Below the pieces are notes generated by a model. It made no database searches. It had not been told where the DNA came from and saw only the letters and a program-made list of their open reading frames with translations. A stretch of DNA of 64,000 bases from Patescibacteria group bacterium (lineage in GTDB: Bacteria; Patescibacteriota; Patescibacteriia; Buchananbacterales; UBA6539), in contig JAQTYZ010000001.1 in NCBI GenBank assembly GCA_028688055.1, positions 114,910 to 178,909 of the forward strand. The letters run 5' to 3'. The position numbers and the translations under genes were made by a program. Shown here piece after piece: positions 49,782 to 59,583 of the stretch; the stretch's first letter is position 1; every line of letters begins with the position of its first letter.

Positions 49782-50206
49782 TAATAGCTTGATACAATAG
49801 TACTCATTGATGTCGATTTTTCCGCCGTACTGACCGGGGAAGTCCAAAAAACGGTAACCGTGACTTGTTTTAAACCAACATCGCTAACGCTGGTGTTTAA
49901 ATTTGAATCGATGGTGGTGACCACCGTTTGCCTTTGGAAATTATACAGATATGAAGTTTGATCACTTGACAGGCGTTGCTTGGTTTCGATGGTGCCGGTG
50001 CCAATGCTTTCATAAGTTAGACCCCTAATTTCTTCAAGTTTGGAAACGGCTAAATTAGATCCAATTGTTAGGTCGCTTGAATCGCCGATTATTTTTAAGC
50101 TAAATGGGAATAATTGAACAACGGCTAATAAACCAATCAGCAGAATAAAGATGGCAATGGTGGCTTCTAAAATTGTAAAACCTTTCTGATTAGTCATTGA
50201 TTTCAA
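49781..50206 (-). CDS. Minor pilin (PilV-like)
   Basis: KGFTILEATIA prepilin motif and VTVTVFW. Confidence 0.8.
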   Translation of the reverse strand: MKSMTNQKGFTILEATIAIFILLIGLLAVVQLFPFSLKIIGDSSDLTIGSNLAVSKLEEIRGLTYESIGTGTIETKQRLSSDQTSYLYNFQRQTVVTTIDSNLNTSVSDVGLKQVTVTVFWTSPVSTAEKSTSMSTIVSSY

Positions 50207-50624
50207 TGTAGCCTGAAGGCTTAATTTGAATCGTCGAAGTTGTAGACAAGCTGTTGGTTAAATAAATATAACCACTTTCGGCGACACCGCCTGTTGGATT
50301 GAATTGAACCGTATTATTAGTTAGGCCACTTATTTCTGAAATATTTATTTCGCCGTCCAAGCTAGCTTCTTTATACACGGTGCCGGTGGTTGAATTGATA
50401 ATTTGGTATTTTTTAGTTACCGGATAAATTACGAAGTCGTATATTTTTTGCTCGGTTACCGCCAGCTGCTGCGCCAAGCGCAGGTTGGAAACCATTAATC
50501 GAGCTTCACTTTTAAGTTTGCTGCTTTTTTGGTAAGTAATAAAAACCGGAATGCTAATGATCGTAATTAAAATAACAATTGATATTGAAACCATCAATTC
50601 AGCAATGGTAAAACCGCGTTTCAT
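50190..50624 (-). CDS. Minor pilin (FimT/GspH-like)
   Basis: RGFTIAELMV, LRLAQQLA and FNPTG. Confidence 0.8.
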   Translation of the reverse strand: MKRGFTIAELMVSISIVILITIISIPVFITYQKSSKLKSEARLMVSNLRLAQQLAVTEQKIYDFVIYPVTKKYQIINSTTGTVYKEASLDGEINISEISGLTNNTVQFNPTGGVAESGYIYLTNSLSTTSTIQIKPSGYIEIND

Positions 50625-51734
50625 TTAAATGCTTTGGCTTAATGAATACATCGGCATAATCACGGCGACCGCCATACTACCAACCCCAATTCCGAGAATA
50701 ACAACCAAAATCGGTTCAATAATTGACGGTAGGTTGGTCATAGTCTGGCTAACTTCTTCTTCGTAAAATATCGCCGATTCTTCCAAAATATTATCGAGCG
50801 CTCCCGTCTCTTCCCCAACGGCGATCATTTGTAAAACAACCGGTGGAAATAACGATTTAAAAGGATTTAGTGATTGTTCAATGTTGATACCTTTTTTTAT
50901 TTTTTCTTTGGCTTCAAGCAAGGCTTGCCGGTAAATGACATTACCTAATATTCTTGAAGTAATTTCAAATGATTGGACGATTGGAATATCAGTTTTTAGC
51001 AGTGAACTTAACGATCGACAAAACCGGGCGATGTTTATTTTTTTTATAATGGTACCGACAACTGGTGTCTTGAGCAGGATGATATGAAAAACTTTTTTAC
51101 CACTCGTAGTACTAAGTAGTCTTTGTAATCCGATTACGCCAATCACCGCGCCAATCGCCAAAAAGACCCCGTATTTAACGGAAAAATTACTGAGAAAGAT
51201 CAAAATTCTGGTTGGTAAAGGAAGTTGGACATTAAGTTCGGTAAATACTCCGGTGATGGTGGGAATAACATAAACCATCATTAAAATGCCAATGGCAACC
51301 ATCATCGTTACGACCACTAGGGGATAGATCATCGCCCCTTTGACTTTGGAAATAATGTCGTTGTCTTTTTTCATTTGTACAAAGAGTTGCTTTAAAACGT
51401 CTTCTAGTTTTCCCGACATCTCGCCAGCCCTAACCATACTGATAAATAATTCGCCGAAGATCCGTTGATATTTTTCCAAGCCTTTTGAAAGTAAATTTCC
51501 TTTTTCAACGCTTTGTTGCAAGTCAAGCAGGATTCTTTTGAAATTTTTTGATGAGGATTGTTCGGACAAGGTTTTTAAGCCAACCGACAATGAAATGCCA
51601 GCTTTCAACATGACGCTGAGCTGTTGGACAAAAAAAATCTTTTGGGCTAATTTTATTTTTTTTGGCCTGGCTCGCCAGTTAGCTATAAAATTAGTTTTAT
51701 GTCCAGTTGTGGCGTTTGAGGCCGGAGTCGTCAT
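50625..51734 (-). CDS. pilC: Type IV pilus platform protein PilC (GspF family)
   Basis: QLSVMLKAGI, GEMSGKL, AMIYP, GEETGAL and IEP. Confidence 0.9.
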   Translation of the reverse strand: MTTPASNATTGHKTNFIANWRARPKKIKLAQKIFFVQQLSVMLKAGISLSVGLKTLSEQSSSKNFKRILLDLQQSVEKGNLLSKGLEKYQRIFGELFISMVRAGEMSGKLEDVLKQLFVQMKKDNDIISKVKGAMIYPLVVVTMMVAIGILMMVYVIPTITGVFTELNVQLPLPTRILIFLSNFSVKYGVFLAIGAVIGVIGLQRLLSTTSGKKVFHIILLKTPVVGTIIKKINIARFCRSLSSLLKTDIPIVQSFEITSRILGNVIYRQALLEAKEKIKKGINIEQSLNPFKSLFPPVVLQMIAVGEETGALDNILEESAIFYEEEVSQTMTNLPSIIEPILVVILGIGVGSMAVAVIMPMYSLSQSI

Positions 51735-51738
51735 AAGG

Positions 51739-53466
51739 TTAATCTTTGGTCACCCTTAGCACTTCTTCAATGGTGGTGATACCAGTTTTTGCTTTAATAA
51801 AACCGTCTTCCATAATTGTTAGCATCCCTTGAGATTTTGCCGTTGCTTGGATTTGTTTGGCCGCCGCGCCTTTTAAGATCAAATCGCCAATTTCTGATGT
51901 AACTTCTAACACCTCATAAATACCAATTCTACCTTTATAACCACTATTACCACATTTTTTACAGCCTTGACCGCGATAAAAAAGCAGTGAGCCTTTATCT
52001 TGTTTTTTGGTAATCAGGTTATTATTCTCCAGCATTTCTAAAATTGATTCAAAGTTAATTTCTTTTTCTAGTTTTGCCAATTCAGCTTTACTCAGTGTGT
52101 AACTTTCAATGCAATCCTGACAAAGTTTTCTGACTAATCTTTGAGCAATAATTACGTTGCAAGTTGAGGCGACTAAAAAAGCGGGTACGCCCATTTCACT
52201 TAAACGAGGCAAGGTGGTTGGCGCGTCATTAGTGTGAAGAGTGGAGAGCACTAAGTGGCCGGTTAAAGCGGCGTGAATCGAAATTTCCGCCGTTTCTTGG
52301 TCTCGGATTTCACCGACCATAATGATGTTTGGGTCTTGTCGTAAAAATGCCCTTAGACCGGAGGCAAAGGTATAGCCAATTTTAGGATTAACCTGACTTT
52401 GATTTAAGCCTTGCATTCGATATTCAATCGGATCTTCAATGGTTGTAATGTTAACTTCTGGCCGGTTTAAAATATTTAAAATTGCATACAAGGTGGTGGT
52501 TTTTCCCGAACCAGTTGGTCCGGTTGCTAAAACCAAACCGTGCGGTTTTTTGATGTTTCTTTTGATCCCTTCCAGCGGTTCTTTTTGAAAGCCAAGTTGT
52601 TCCAGGGTAAGTACTCCGGTTTTTTCATTTAAGGCGCGTAGCACGATTTTTTCACCGTCGTAAGTTGGAATAATTGACACGCGAAAAGAAACTTCATATT
52701 CATTGGTTTTTACTTTGAATCGGCTGTCTTGCGGCAGGCGATGCTCGTCGAGTTTCAAGTTGGACAGAATTTTAATTCGGGCGACAACGCCGGCATGGAT
52801 TGATTTTGGCAGCGTCATCACATTACGCAAAACCCCGTCGACGCGATACCTTACTACAACTTGCTTTTCCGTCGGTTCAATATGAATGTCAGACGCACTC
52901 TCTAAAATGGCATACTCTAATAAGGTGTCCACGATTCTAATAACCGGCAAATCGTGAGCCAATTCAGTTAATTTGGTTCCGTTGCCATTACTGCTTGTAT
53001 CATCTGACTTGGTTAGCTCCTGAAATTCCGCTTTTAGGCCTTTGTGATAATTTTTAAGCGCTTCATTCAGGTTGTCGGGTGATGTTACAAATGGGCTAAT
53101 GTTTAGACCGCTTTTTTTCCCCAAAAATTCAAGTATTTGGAGATCGTCTGGGTCTAAGGTGGCTACTTTAAGTTCAGTATCAGACTTGTCAAAAGCAATA
53201 ATTTTATGGGTTGCGGCAATCGGTTCAGGGATTAAAAAAAGAATATCCTTGCGAATAGTCTCATTTTTTAGGTTCGTAAAGGGTAAATTGTAGTATTGGG
53301 CAACTATTTGATAAAGTTGTTCCTGGTTGAGAATTTTTTGGCTATCCAAGTAGTCTTCCAGCGTTTGATTGCGTTTTTGAGCCTCACTAGCATAAAGCTC
53401 AATTTCTTTCGGACTGATTGACTTGGTGGTTGTCAAAATCTTTTTTAATTTGTCCTGGCCAAGCAT
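51739..53466 (-). CDS. pilB: Type IV pilus extension ATPase PilB (GspE family)
   Basis: ASDIHIEP, GPTGSGKTT, TIEDPIE, RQDPNIIMVGEIRD, LSTLHTN and two CxxC motifs. Confidence 0.93.
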   Translation of the reverse strand: MLGQDKLKKILTTTKSISPKEIELYASEAQKRNQTLEDYLDSQKILNQEQLYQIVAQYYNLPFTNLKNETIRKDILFLIPEPIAATHKIIAFDKSDTELKVATLDPDDLQILEFLGKKSGLNISPFVTSPDNLNEALKNYHKGLKAEFQELTKSDDTSSNGNGTKLTELAHDLPVIRIVDTLLEYAILESASDIHIEPTEKQVVVRYRVDGVLRNVMTLPKSIHAGVVARIKILSNLKLDEHRLPQDSRFKVKTNEYEVSFRVSIIPTYDGEKIVLRALNEKTGVLTLEQLGFQKEPLEGIKRNIKKPHGLVLATGPTGSGKTTTLYAILNILNRPEVNITTIEDPIEYRMQGLNQSQVNPKIGYTFASGLRAFLRQDPNIIMVGEIRDQETAEISIHAALTGHLVLSTLHTNDAPTTLPRLSEMGVPAFLVASTCNVIIAQRLVRKLCQDCIESYTLSKAELAKLEKEINFESILEMLENNNLITKKQDKGSLLFYRGQGCKKCGNSGYKGRIGIYEVLEVTSEIGDLILKGAAAKQIQATAKSQGMLTIMEDGFIKAKTGITTIEEVLRVTKD

Positions 53467-53606
53467 AAAAAATTATTTTTGTCTTAGTGTTCAAAACTCT
53501 TTTATTATAACACAAAAATAAAAAGGACGGAAAGGGGTAGTGGACAAGATAACCAAAAATCAGTAATATTAGATTAGTCTTGTGATTAATTGTGATTAAT
53601 TTTGGT

Positions 53607-53978
53607 ATGATTATTAATTCGCCCAATCAGGGACGCATTTTTGCATTTCTCAGCGATAAAATTATCAGACTGAGTTTTTTGTTTGCTGTTTTAGCCAATA
53701 TTGCCCTTTGGTTATTATTAGTTTCCCGCTCAACAACTTTTTCCGATTCAATTCCCTTGCATTATAATATTTACTTTGGTATTGATCTGATTGGGCCATG
53801 GTATCAGTTTTTTTTCATGCCTTCGATTGGCCTGGGCATAATTGTTAGCAATTTTTTAATCGGCTTACTGACTGTTAAGTATGAAAAAATATTAGGGCAT
53901 TTTTTGGCTGTCACCGCTGCCGCAGCTCAAATTTTTATTTTAGCGGCGATTATTGCCATTTTAATTATAAATTTTTAA
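53607..53978 (+). CDS. Small membrane protein (DUF1648-like)
   Basis: IPLHYNIYFGID between TMs; first gene of the dcw operon. Start uncertain (53592 or 53607). Confidence 0.55.
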   Translation: MIINSPNQGRIFAFLSDKIIRLSFLFAVLANIALWLLLVSRSTTFSDSIPLHYNIYFGIDLIGPWYQFFFMPSIGLGIIVSNFLIGLLTVKYEKILGHFLAVTAAAAQIFILAAIIAILIINF

Positions 53979-53981
53979 GTT

Positions 53982-55022
53982 GTGGGTAATTTTGTTGTAA
54001 CAAAAATTTTTATCTTGACGACCTTGTCATTTTTGTTGACCTTGGCCTGGACGCCATTATTAACTCATTTTTTATATCGCTACCGTTTAGGCAAGGGGAT
54101 TCGTGACGCTAAGGCCGCTCCGATTTTTGCGATGATGCATAAAAAAAAAGCCGGTACCCCGACCATGGGCGGTATTTTAGTTTGGGGAACAACGCTAATT
54201 TTGATTTTAGTCATCGCGGGTTTAGCAGCCGTCTTCCATGGTGTCTTTGATAAGCTTAATTTTTTGTCTCGAGCTGAAACTTTGTTGCCGCTTGGAGCTT
54301 TAGTGGTGTCAGCTCTGGTCGGTTTAGTTGATGATTTGTTTGATATTTGGCGAATGGGTAAAAACGGCGGCGGCTTGCGGATGCGCCATCGTTTTTTTAT
54401 CTATGGGGTAATCGCGGCGGTTGGGGCGTGGTGGTTTTATTATAAATTGCAATGGACAACTTTTCACGTGCCGTTTTTGGGCTATTTTGATGTCGGCTGG
54501 TGGTATATTCCAATCTTCTTTTTTATCATTATTGCAACTGCCCATGCGGTCAATTTGACCGATGGACTTGATGGTTTGGCTGGTGGAACATTATTAATTT
54601 CGTTTGGCGCCTACGGTGCCATTGCTTTTGCCCAAGGCCATTATCAATTAGCGACTTTTTGTGGCGTCATTATTGGATCGTTAATGGCATTTCTCTGGTT
54701 CAACATTAATCCAGCGCGATTTTTTATGGGTGATACCGGTTCAATGTCGCTCGGGGTGACCCTGGGAATTATCGCCATGCTTACTAACGCCGCGTTGCTT
54801 TTGCCGATCATCGGTTTTATTTTCGTCCTTGAAACAGTTTCGGTATTAATTCAAATGTTTTCAAAAAAAGTTTTGAAGCGAAAATTTTTTATTTCTTCAC
54901 CACTTCACCATCATCTTGAAGCCAGCGGTTGGCCGGAGCCAAAAATTGTCATGCGTTTTTGGCTCGTGGCGGCGGTGACGTCGATTATTGGATTAATCTT
55001 ATTTTTAGTCGATCGAGTTTAA
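53982..55022 (+). CDS. mraY: Phospho-N-acetylmuramoyl-pentapeptide transferase
   Basis: KAGTPTMGG, GLVDD, NLTDGLDGL, FMGDTGS and PLHHHLE. Confidence 0.95.
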   Translation: MGNFVVTKIFILTTLSFLLTLAWTPLLTHFLYRYRLGKGIRDAKAAPIFAMMHKKKAGTPTMGGILVWGTTLILILVIAGLAAVFHGVFDKLNFLSRAETLLPLGALVVSALVGLVDDLFDIWRMGKNGGGLRMRHRFFIYGVIAAVGAWWFYYKLQWTTFHVPFLGYFDVGWWYIPIFFFIIIATAHAVNLTDGLDGLAGGTLLISFGAYGAIAFAQGHYQLATFCGVIIGSLMAFLWFNINPARFFMGDTGSMSLGVTLGIIAMLTNAALLLPIIGFIFVLETVSVLIQMFSKKVLKRKFFISSPLHHHLEASGWPEPKIVMRFWLVAAVTSIIGLILFLVDRV

Positions 55023-55027
55023 TTGGC

Positions 55028-56428
55028 ATGACTAAAAATTTTTACAAAAACAAGAAAATTACGGTCATGGGTCTAGGCTTGCACGGCGGCGGTATTGCAG
55101 TGGTCAATTGGCTTGTCAAACAAGGCGCTCAAGTTACGGTTACTGACCTTAAAACTAAAGCTCAGTTACTGCCAGCTTTAAAAAAAATTAATCCTAAAAA
55201 AGTTAGCTTGGTTTTAGGTAAACATCGCGTGATTGATTTTAAAAATGCTGACATTGTGGTGCAAAATCCTGGCGTTCCGCGTCATTCAAAGTTTATCAAA
55301 ATGGCGGAAAAGTCCGGCATAACAATTGAAAATGATGCCAGTTTATTTTTTAAAAACTGTCCGGCGGAAATTATTGGTGTTACCGGAACGCGGGGAAAAT
55401 CAACCGTCTCAGCTTTAATTTATGAGTTATTAAAGACAAAATTGGGTGCTGCGCGAGTTTATTTGGCGGGCTTACCGCAACAGCCGATGTTGGATATTTT
55501 GGATAAATTGTCGAGTCAAGACCAGGTAGTCTTGGAGTTGTCGTCTTGGCAGCTCGAGATTTTGGGGCGCTACCGCTTGAGTCCACATATTTCACTAGTG
55601 ACCAATATTTATCCTGATCATTTGAATCGGTACCAAGGCTTAAGCGATTATGCGCGCGCCAAAGAAAATATTTTTAAATATCAAACCAAAAATGACATCG
55701 CTGTTTTTAATTATCATAATCCTTGTACTCGTAAAATGGGACATCAGACACCTGGGCAGCGATTGTGGTTTAATTCAAAATTAATTGTCAGTCAGTCTGG
55801 CGCTTATATTAATAATAATTCGTTGATCTTCCAGTATCACGGTCGGTCGGTTAATTTTGGAAAGGTAGCAAAAATAAAATTGCCCGGCCGGCATAACTTA
55901 GAAAATATTTTAGCCGCCCTGGCGGTAGCTGGTTTGTTTAATGTTTCCGCGGCAAAGGTTAAAAAGGTTTTAACTAGCTACGTCGGATTACCCGGCCGCA
56001 ATCAGTTAATTCGTGAGCGGGCTGGCGTTAAATATGTTAATGACACCACCGCGACGACGCCGGACGCGGTTTTGGCCGCGCTTGATATTTGGCCGGCCAA
56101 AAAAATTGTTTTAATCGCGGGTGGCGCGTCAAAAAAAATTCCGGCTGAGAAAATTGGCGAGTTAGCAAAAAAGATAAGAAAAAATTGTAAGTCCGTTATC
56201 CTTTTTTCAGGCGAGGGGAGCGATGAACTGTTTGTTCAATTAAATAAAATTGGTTTTAAGGCAATAGTAAAAAATATTGACACCATGTCAGAAGCGATAT
56301 ATCTGAGTACGGGCTTTGCCAAATCAGGGGAGGTGGTTTTATTGTCCCCGGGGTGTTCTAGTTTTAGTACTTTTGTTAATGAATACGATCGCGGCGATCA
56401 GTTTAATGGTTTGGTCAATAAATTATGA
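55028..56428 (+). CDS. murD: UDP-MurNAc-L-Ala:D-Glu ligase
   Basis: GLGLHGGG, GVTGTRGKST, LELSSWQL, DHLNRY and LLSPG. Start placed at ATG 55028. Confidence 0.92.
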   Translation: MTKNFYKNKKITVMGLGLHGGGIAVVNWLVKQGAQVTVTDLKTKAQLLPALKKINPKKVSLVLGKHRVIDFKNADIVVQNPGVPRHSKFIKMAEKSGITIENDASLFFKNCPAEIIGVTGTRGKSTVSALIYELLKTKLGAARVYLAGLPQQPMLDILDKLSSQDQVVLELSSWQLEILGRYRLSPHISLVTNIYPDHLNRYQGLSDYARAKENIFKYQTKNDIAVFNYHNPCTRKMGHQTPGQRLWFNSKLIVSQSGAYINNNSLIFQYHGRSVNFGKVAKIKLPGRHNLENILAALAVAGLFNVSAAKVKKVLTSYVGLPGRNQLIRERAGVKYVNDTTATTPDAVLAALDIWPAKKIVLIAGGASKKIPAEKIGELAKKIRKNCKSVILFSGEGSDELFVQLNKIGFKAIVKNIDTMSEAIYLSTGFAKSGEVVLLSPGCSSFSTFVNEYDRGDQFNGLVNKL

Positions 56429-57597
56429 AAAGGTTTAGGGTGAACAAAAATAAAAAAAAACTTAACTTAGTTAAAAAAATTTTTGATTTTAAAACTTTAG
56501 CGAACCGGCCGGATAAATTTTTAGTTTTGCTATTTGGAATTTTAATTGTCTTTGGTTTAATTATGCTGTCATCGGCTTCGACCGTTGAATCATTTCGCTC
56601 GCACGGTAATAGCTATTATTTTTTTTGGCACCAAATTTACAGTGGTTTTTTGCCCGGTCTAATATTATTGATACTTTTTTCCCTTCTTGACTATACCTGG
56701 TTAGAGAAATACACGATGGCTTTTTTTACAATGGCGGTTTTTTTGTTGGCCATAATTTTTATTCCCGGCCTTGGGCAAGTAATTGGTAATGCGCGGAGCT
56801 GGGTTAAGTTGGGTGTTATTTCTTTCCAACCGTCGGAAATTGTTAAGTTGCTCTTAATATTATTTTTGGCCGGTTGGTTTTCTCATCGTGGCCAGGAAAT
56901 GAATAAGGATTTTTGGAATGGTTTGATTCCTTTTGGCGCCATTTTAGGGCTTGTTTCACTTTTAATAATTCTTCAACCGGACCTGGGAACTTTAGTGGTC
57001 TTGGCGACTATTGCCATTATTATGTATTTTGCCGCTGGCGGCCGCATGATTCATTTATTTGGCCTCGTCGGTCTTGGTTTGGGCCTCGTCGGCTTAATGG
57101 TCGCCCGGGCGCCATATCGCGCCGCGCGCTTGATGGTTTTTCTTCATCCCGAGCTTGATCCGCAAGGCATTGGCTATCACATTAATCAGGCCTTTTTGGC
57201 AATTGGGTCGGGCGGTTGGTTTGGCCTTGGTTTTGGCCAATCGCGACAAAAATTTGCTTATTTGCCAGAAGTGATGGGTGATTCAATATTTGCCGTCATT
57301 TCCGAGGAACTGGGTTTTATCGTCGCTTTAGCGGTAATTATGGCTTTTGTTCTAATAGTTTGGCGCGGTTTAAAGATCCTGAAAGTAACCAATGACGATT
57401 ATGCCCGCTTGCTAATTATTGGTATTGTTTCTTGGTTTATTTTCCAAGCTTTTTATAATATTGGAGCAATGATCGGTCTCTTGCCTTTGACCGGTATTCC
57501 GCTGCCATTTATCAGCTACGGTGGCACCGCCTTGGCTTCAACGATGGCGGCGAGCGGCATTTTAATTAATATTTCTCGGAAAAGTACCATTGAATAA
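56425..57597 (+). CDS. ftsW: SEDS peptidoglycan polymerase FtsW
   Basis: ARSW, FQPSEIVK, QPDLGT, YLPE..DSIFA and LPFISYGG. Confidence 0.92.
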   Translation: MKRFRVNKNKKKLNLVKKIFDFKTLANRPDKFLVLLFGILIVFGLIMLSSASTVESFRSHGNSYYFFWHQIYSGFLPGLILLILFSLLDYTWLEKYTMAFFTMAVFLLAIIFIPGLGQVIGNARSWVKLGVISFQPSEIVKLLLILFLAGWFSHRGQEMNKDFWNGLIPFGAILGLVSLLIILQPDLGTLVVLATIAIIMYFAAGGRMIHLFGLVGLGLGLVGLMVARAPYRAARLMVFLHPELDPQGIGYHINQAFLAIGSGGWFGLGFGQSRQKFAYLPEVMGDSIFAVISEELGFIVALAVIMAFVLIVWRGLKILKVTNDDYARLLIIGIVSWFIFQAFYNIGAMIGLLPLTGIPLPFISYGGTALASTMAASGILINISRKSTIE

Positions 57598-57666
57598 CCA
57601 GTTGATTTTTTGCTCAAAATATGTTATTTTATAGACATATTTGCTAATTTAACCTTTACTTTTTCG

Positions 57667-58722
57667 ATGAAAATAATTTTATCCGGTGGCGGTACAATGG
57701 GTTCGGTCAGTACGTTGATTGCCGTATTTGAATATCTAAAAAAAAATCAGCCGCAAGCTGAATTTTTGTGGTTAGCAACAAGAACTGGGCCCGAAGAAAA
57801 ATTAATTGAATCGTACGGGATTACGGTTAAAAAAATTTTTTCCGGAAAGTTTAGACGCTATTTCAGTTTAAAAAATATTTTTGACCCAATTTTTATTTTT
57901 TTAGGTTTTTTTCAGTCGCTTTATTATGTTATTAAATTTAGGCCCGATTGGATTTTGTCGGCCGGTGGCTTTGTTTCCGTGCCCTTAGTTTGGTCGGCGT
58001 GGTTTTTAAGAAAAAAGATTTTAATTCATCAGCAAGATGTTATTCCCGGCCTGGCTAATAAATTAATGTCGCCGTTTGCGACAAAAATTTCAGTGGTGTT
58101 TAGCGAGTCGGCGGTGAGTTTCCCTAAAAATAAAATAGTTGTTGTCGGTAATCCGGTTCGGTCGGAAATTTTTTTGGGCCATCAGGAGTCAGCACTGAAA
58201 TTTTTTAAGCTTGAAGTCGGAGTGCCAACTTTGTTGGTAATCGGCGGCGGCACTGGCGCCCAAGGACTTAATGATTTGCTTGTTAGTTCAGCGGCGCAGC
58301 TAGTGGAATTTTGTCAGATTATTCATCTGACCGGCGGCAAGGTGTCTACCAATTTTTCTCATCCGAGATATCATCCCTATGATTTTTTGCTGACGGAGTT
58401 AAATGATGCCTATGCTGTCAGTGATTTGGTAATCAGTCGTGCCGGGCTGTCAACTTTAAGTGAATTGTCGGTATTAGGGAAACCGGTAATTGTCATTCCG
58501 TTGCCGGATAGCCAGCAAGAAGCTAATGCGGAAGAATTTTTGAAGTATCAGGCGGTAAAAATAATGGCTGAAAAAAATATTAAGCCTGGCGATTTTTCGC
58601 CAGCCATCAAAAAAATTATTTATAATCAAGCCGAGTTGTTACAACTTGGTAAAAATATCCAAGCGATGATGTCTAAAACCGGTGCCGCTGAAATTGCAAA
58701 ATTGATTTATGAGCAAAATTAA
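57667..58722 (+). CDS. murG: Lipid II GlcNAc transferase MurG
   Basis: GGGTMGS, GGFVSVP, PGLANK, GNPVR, GGGTGA and QQEANA. Start placed at ATG 57667. Confidence 0.9.
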   Translation: MKIILSGGGTMGSVSTLIAVFEYLKKNQPQAEFLWLATRTGPEEKLIESYGITVKKIFSGKFRRYFSLKNIFDPIFIFLGFFQSLYYVIKFRPDWILSAGGFVSVPLVWSAWFLRKKILIHQQDVIPGLANKLMSPFATKISVVFSESAVSFPKNKIVVVGNPVRSEIFLGHQESALKFFKLEVGVPTLLVIGGGTGAQGLNDLLVSSAAQLVEFCQIIHLTGGKVSTNFSHPRYHPYDFLLTELNDAYAVSDLVISRAGLSTLSELSVLGKPVIVIPLPDSQQEANAEEFLKYQAVKIMAEKNIKPGDFSPAIKKIIYNQAELLQLGKNIQAMMSKTGAAEIAKLIYEQN

Positions 58723-59581
58723 TAATACTAATCAAAAAAAAGTCGGGGTAGCAGTGAGTGGTGGTTTTATTAGGGCGGTTGCTTCCATTGGTGTTTTGCA
58801 AGTTTTGGAAGAGAATAATATTCCGATTAATTTAATTTCTGGCTGCAGTGCCGGTTCCGGCATCGCCGCCATTTATAGTGTTGGTACCCTTAAAAAACTT
58901 TATAATCGTTTAATCGTCGGCCGCCGCCGTGATTATTGGGAAGTAATTTTTGAGCCGACAATTCCGAGGCAAGGTTTATTAAAGGGCAATCGAACTAGAG
59001 AATTTTTTAAAGAGTTTGTCGGTGAAAAGAAATTTTCAGACACTAATATTAAGCTTTTTATAACGGCTACTGATTTGGCAACTTTGTCGCCAGTCGTTAT
59101 TGAGCAGGGCCTAATTTATGAAGCCATTCAGGCGAGCGTTGGCGTTCCGGGAATTTTTATCCCGTTAAAAAAGGATGGTAAGATTTTAGTTGATGGCGGT
59201 AATTTCAATTTAATTCCGTCGGAAGCGTTGTATCAAAATGGCGCCGATTATGTTATTGCCATTGATACGTCGCGGCCACCAAACCCGACGATTAGAGTCA
59301 TTGCCTTAATTAAAAAAATGCTAAAATTGAACGGTGACCTCCCTTATATTGACCCGGAAACCGATCCTCATGTTGTTTCGTTACTGCGCCGCGCCGTTAG
59401 TCTTTCCAGTAGTCGGATTGATAATTTTCATCATTCCGCTTATCGGTATGATGTTTTAATCCGGCCGCAGTTAATTAATATCCAACGCTGGCAAGTAAGT
59501 AAGGTCAAAGAAATGATTGAATCCGGCCGTCAGGCGGCGGAAAAAATGATTCCGCAGATTAAAAAAGATTTAGGGTTATAA
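58709..59581 (+). CDS. Patatin-like phospholipase family protein
   Basis: SGGFIRA, GCSAG nucleophile elbow, ASVGVPG and DGG. Confidence 0.85.
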   Translation: MSKINNTNQKKVGVAVSGGFIRAVASIGVLQVLEENNIPINLISGCSAGSGIAAIYSVGTLKKLYNRLIVGRRRDYWEVIFEPTIPRQGLLKGNRTREFFKEFVGEKKFSDTNIKLFITATDLATLSPVVIEQGLIYEAIQASVGVPGIFIPLKKDGKILVDGGNFNLIPSEALYQNGADYVIAIDTSRPPNPTIRVIALIKKMLKLNGDLPYIDPETDPHVVSLLRRAVSLSSSRIDNFHHSAYRYDVLIRPQLINIQRWQVSKVKEMIESGRQAAEKMIPQIKKDLGL

Positions 59582-59583
59582 TT

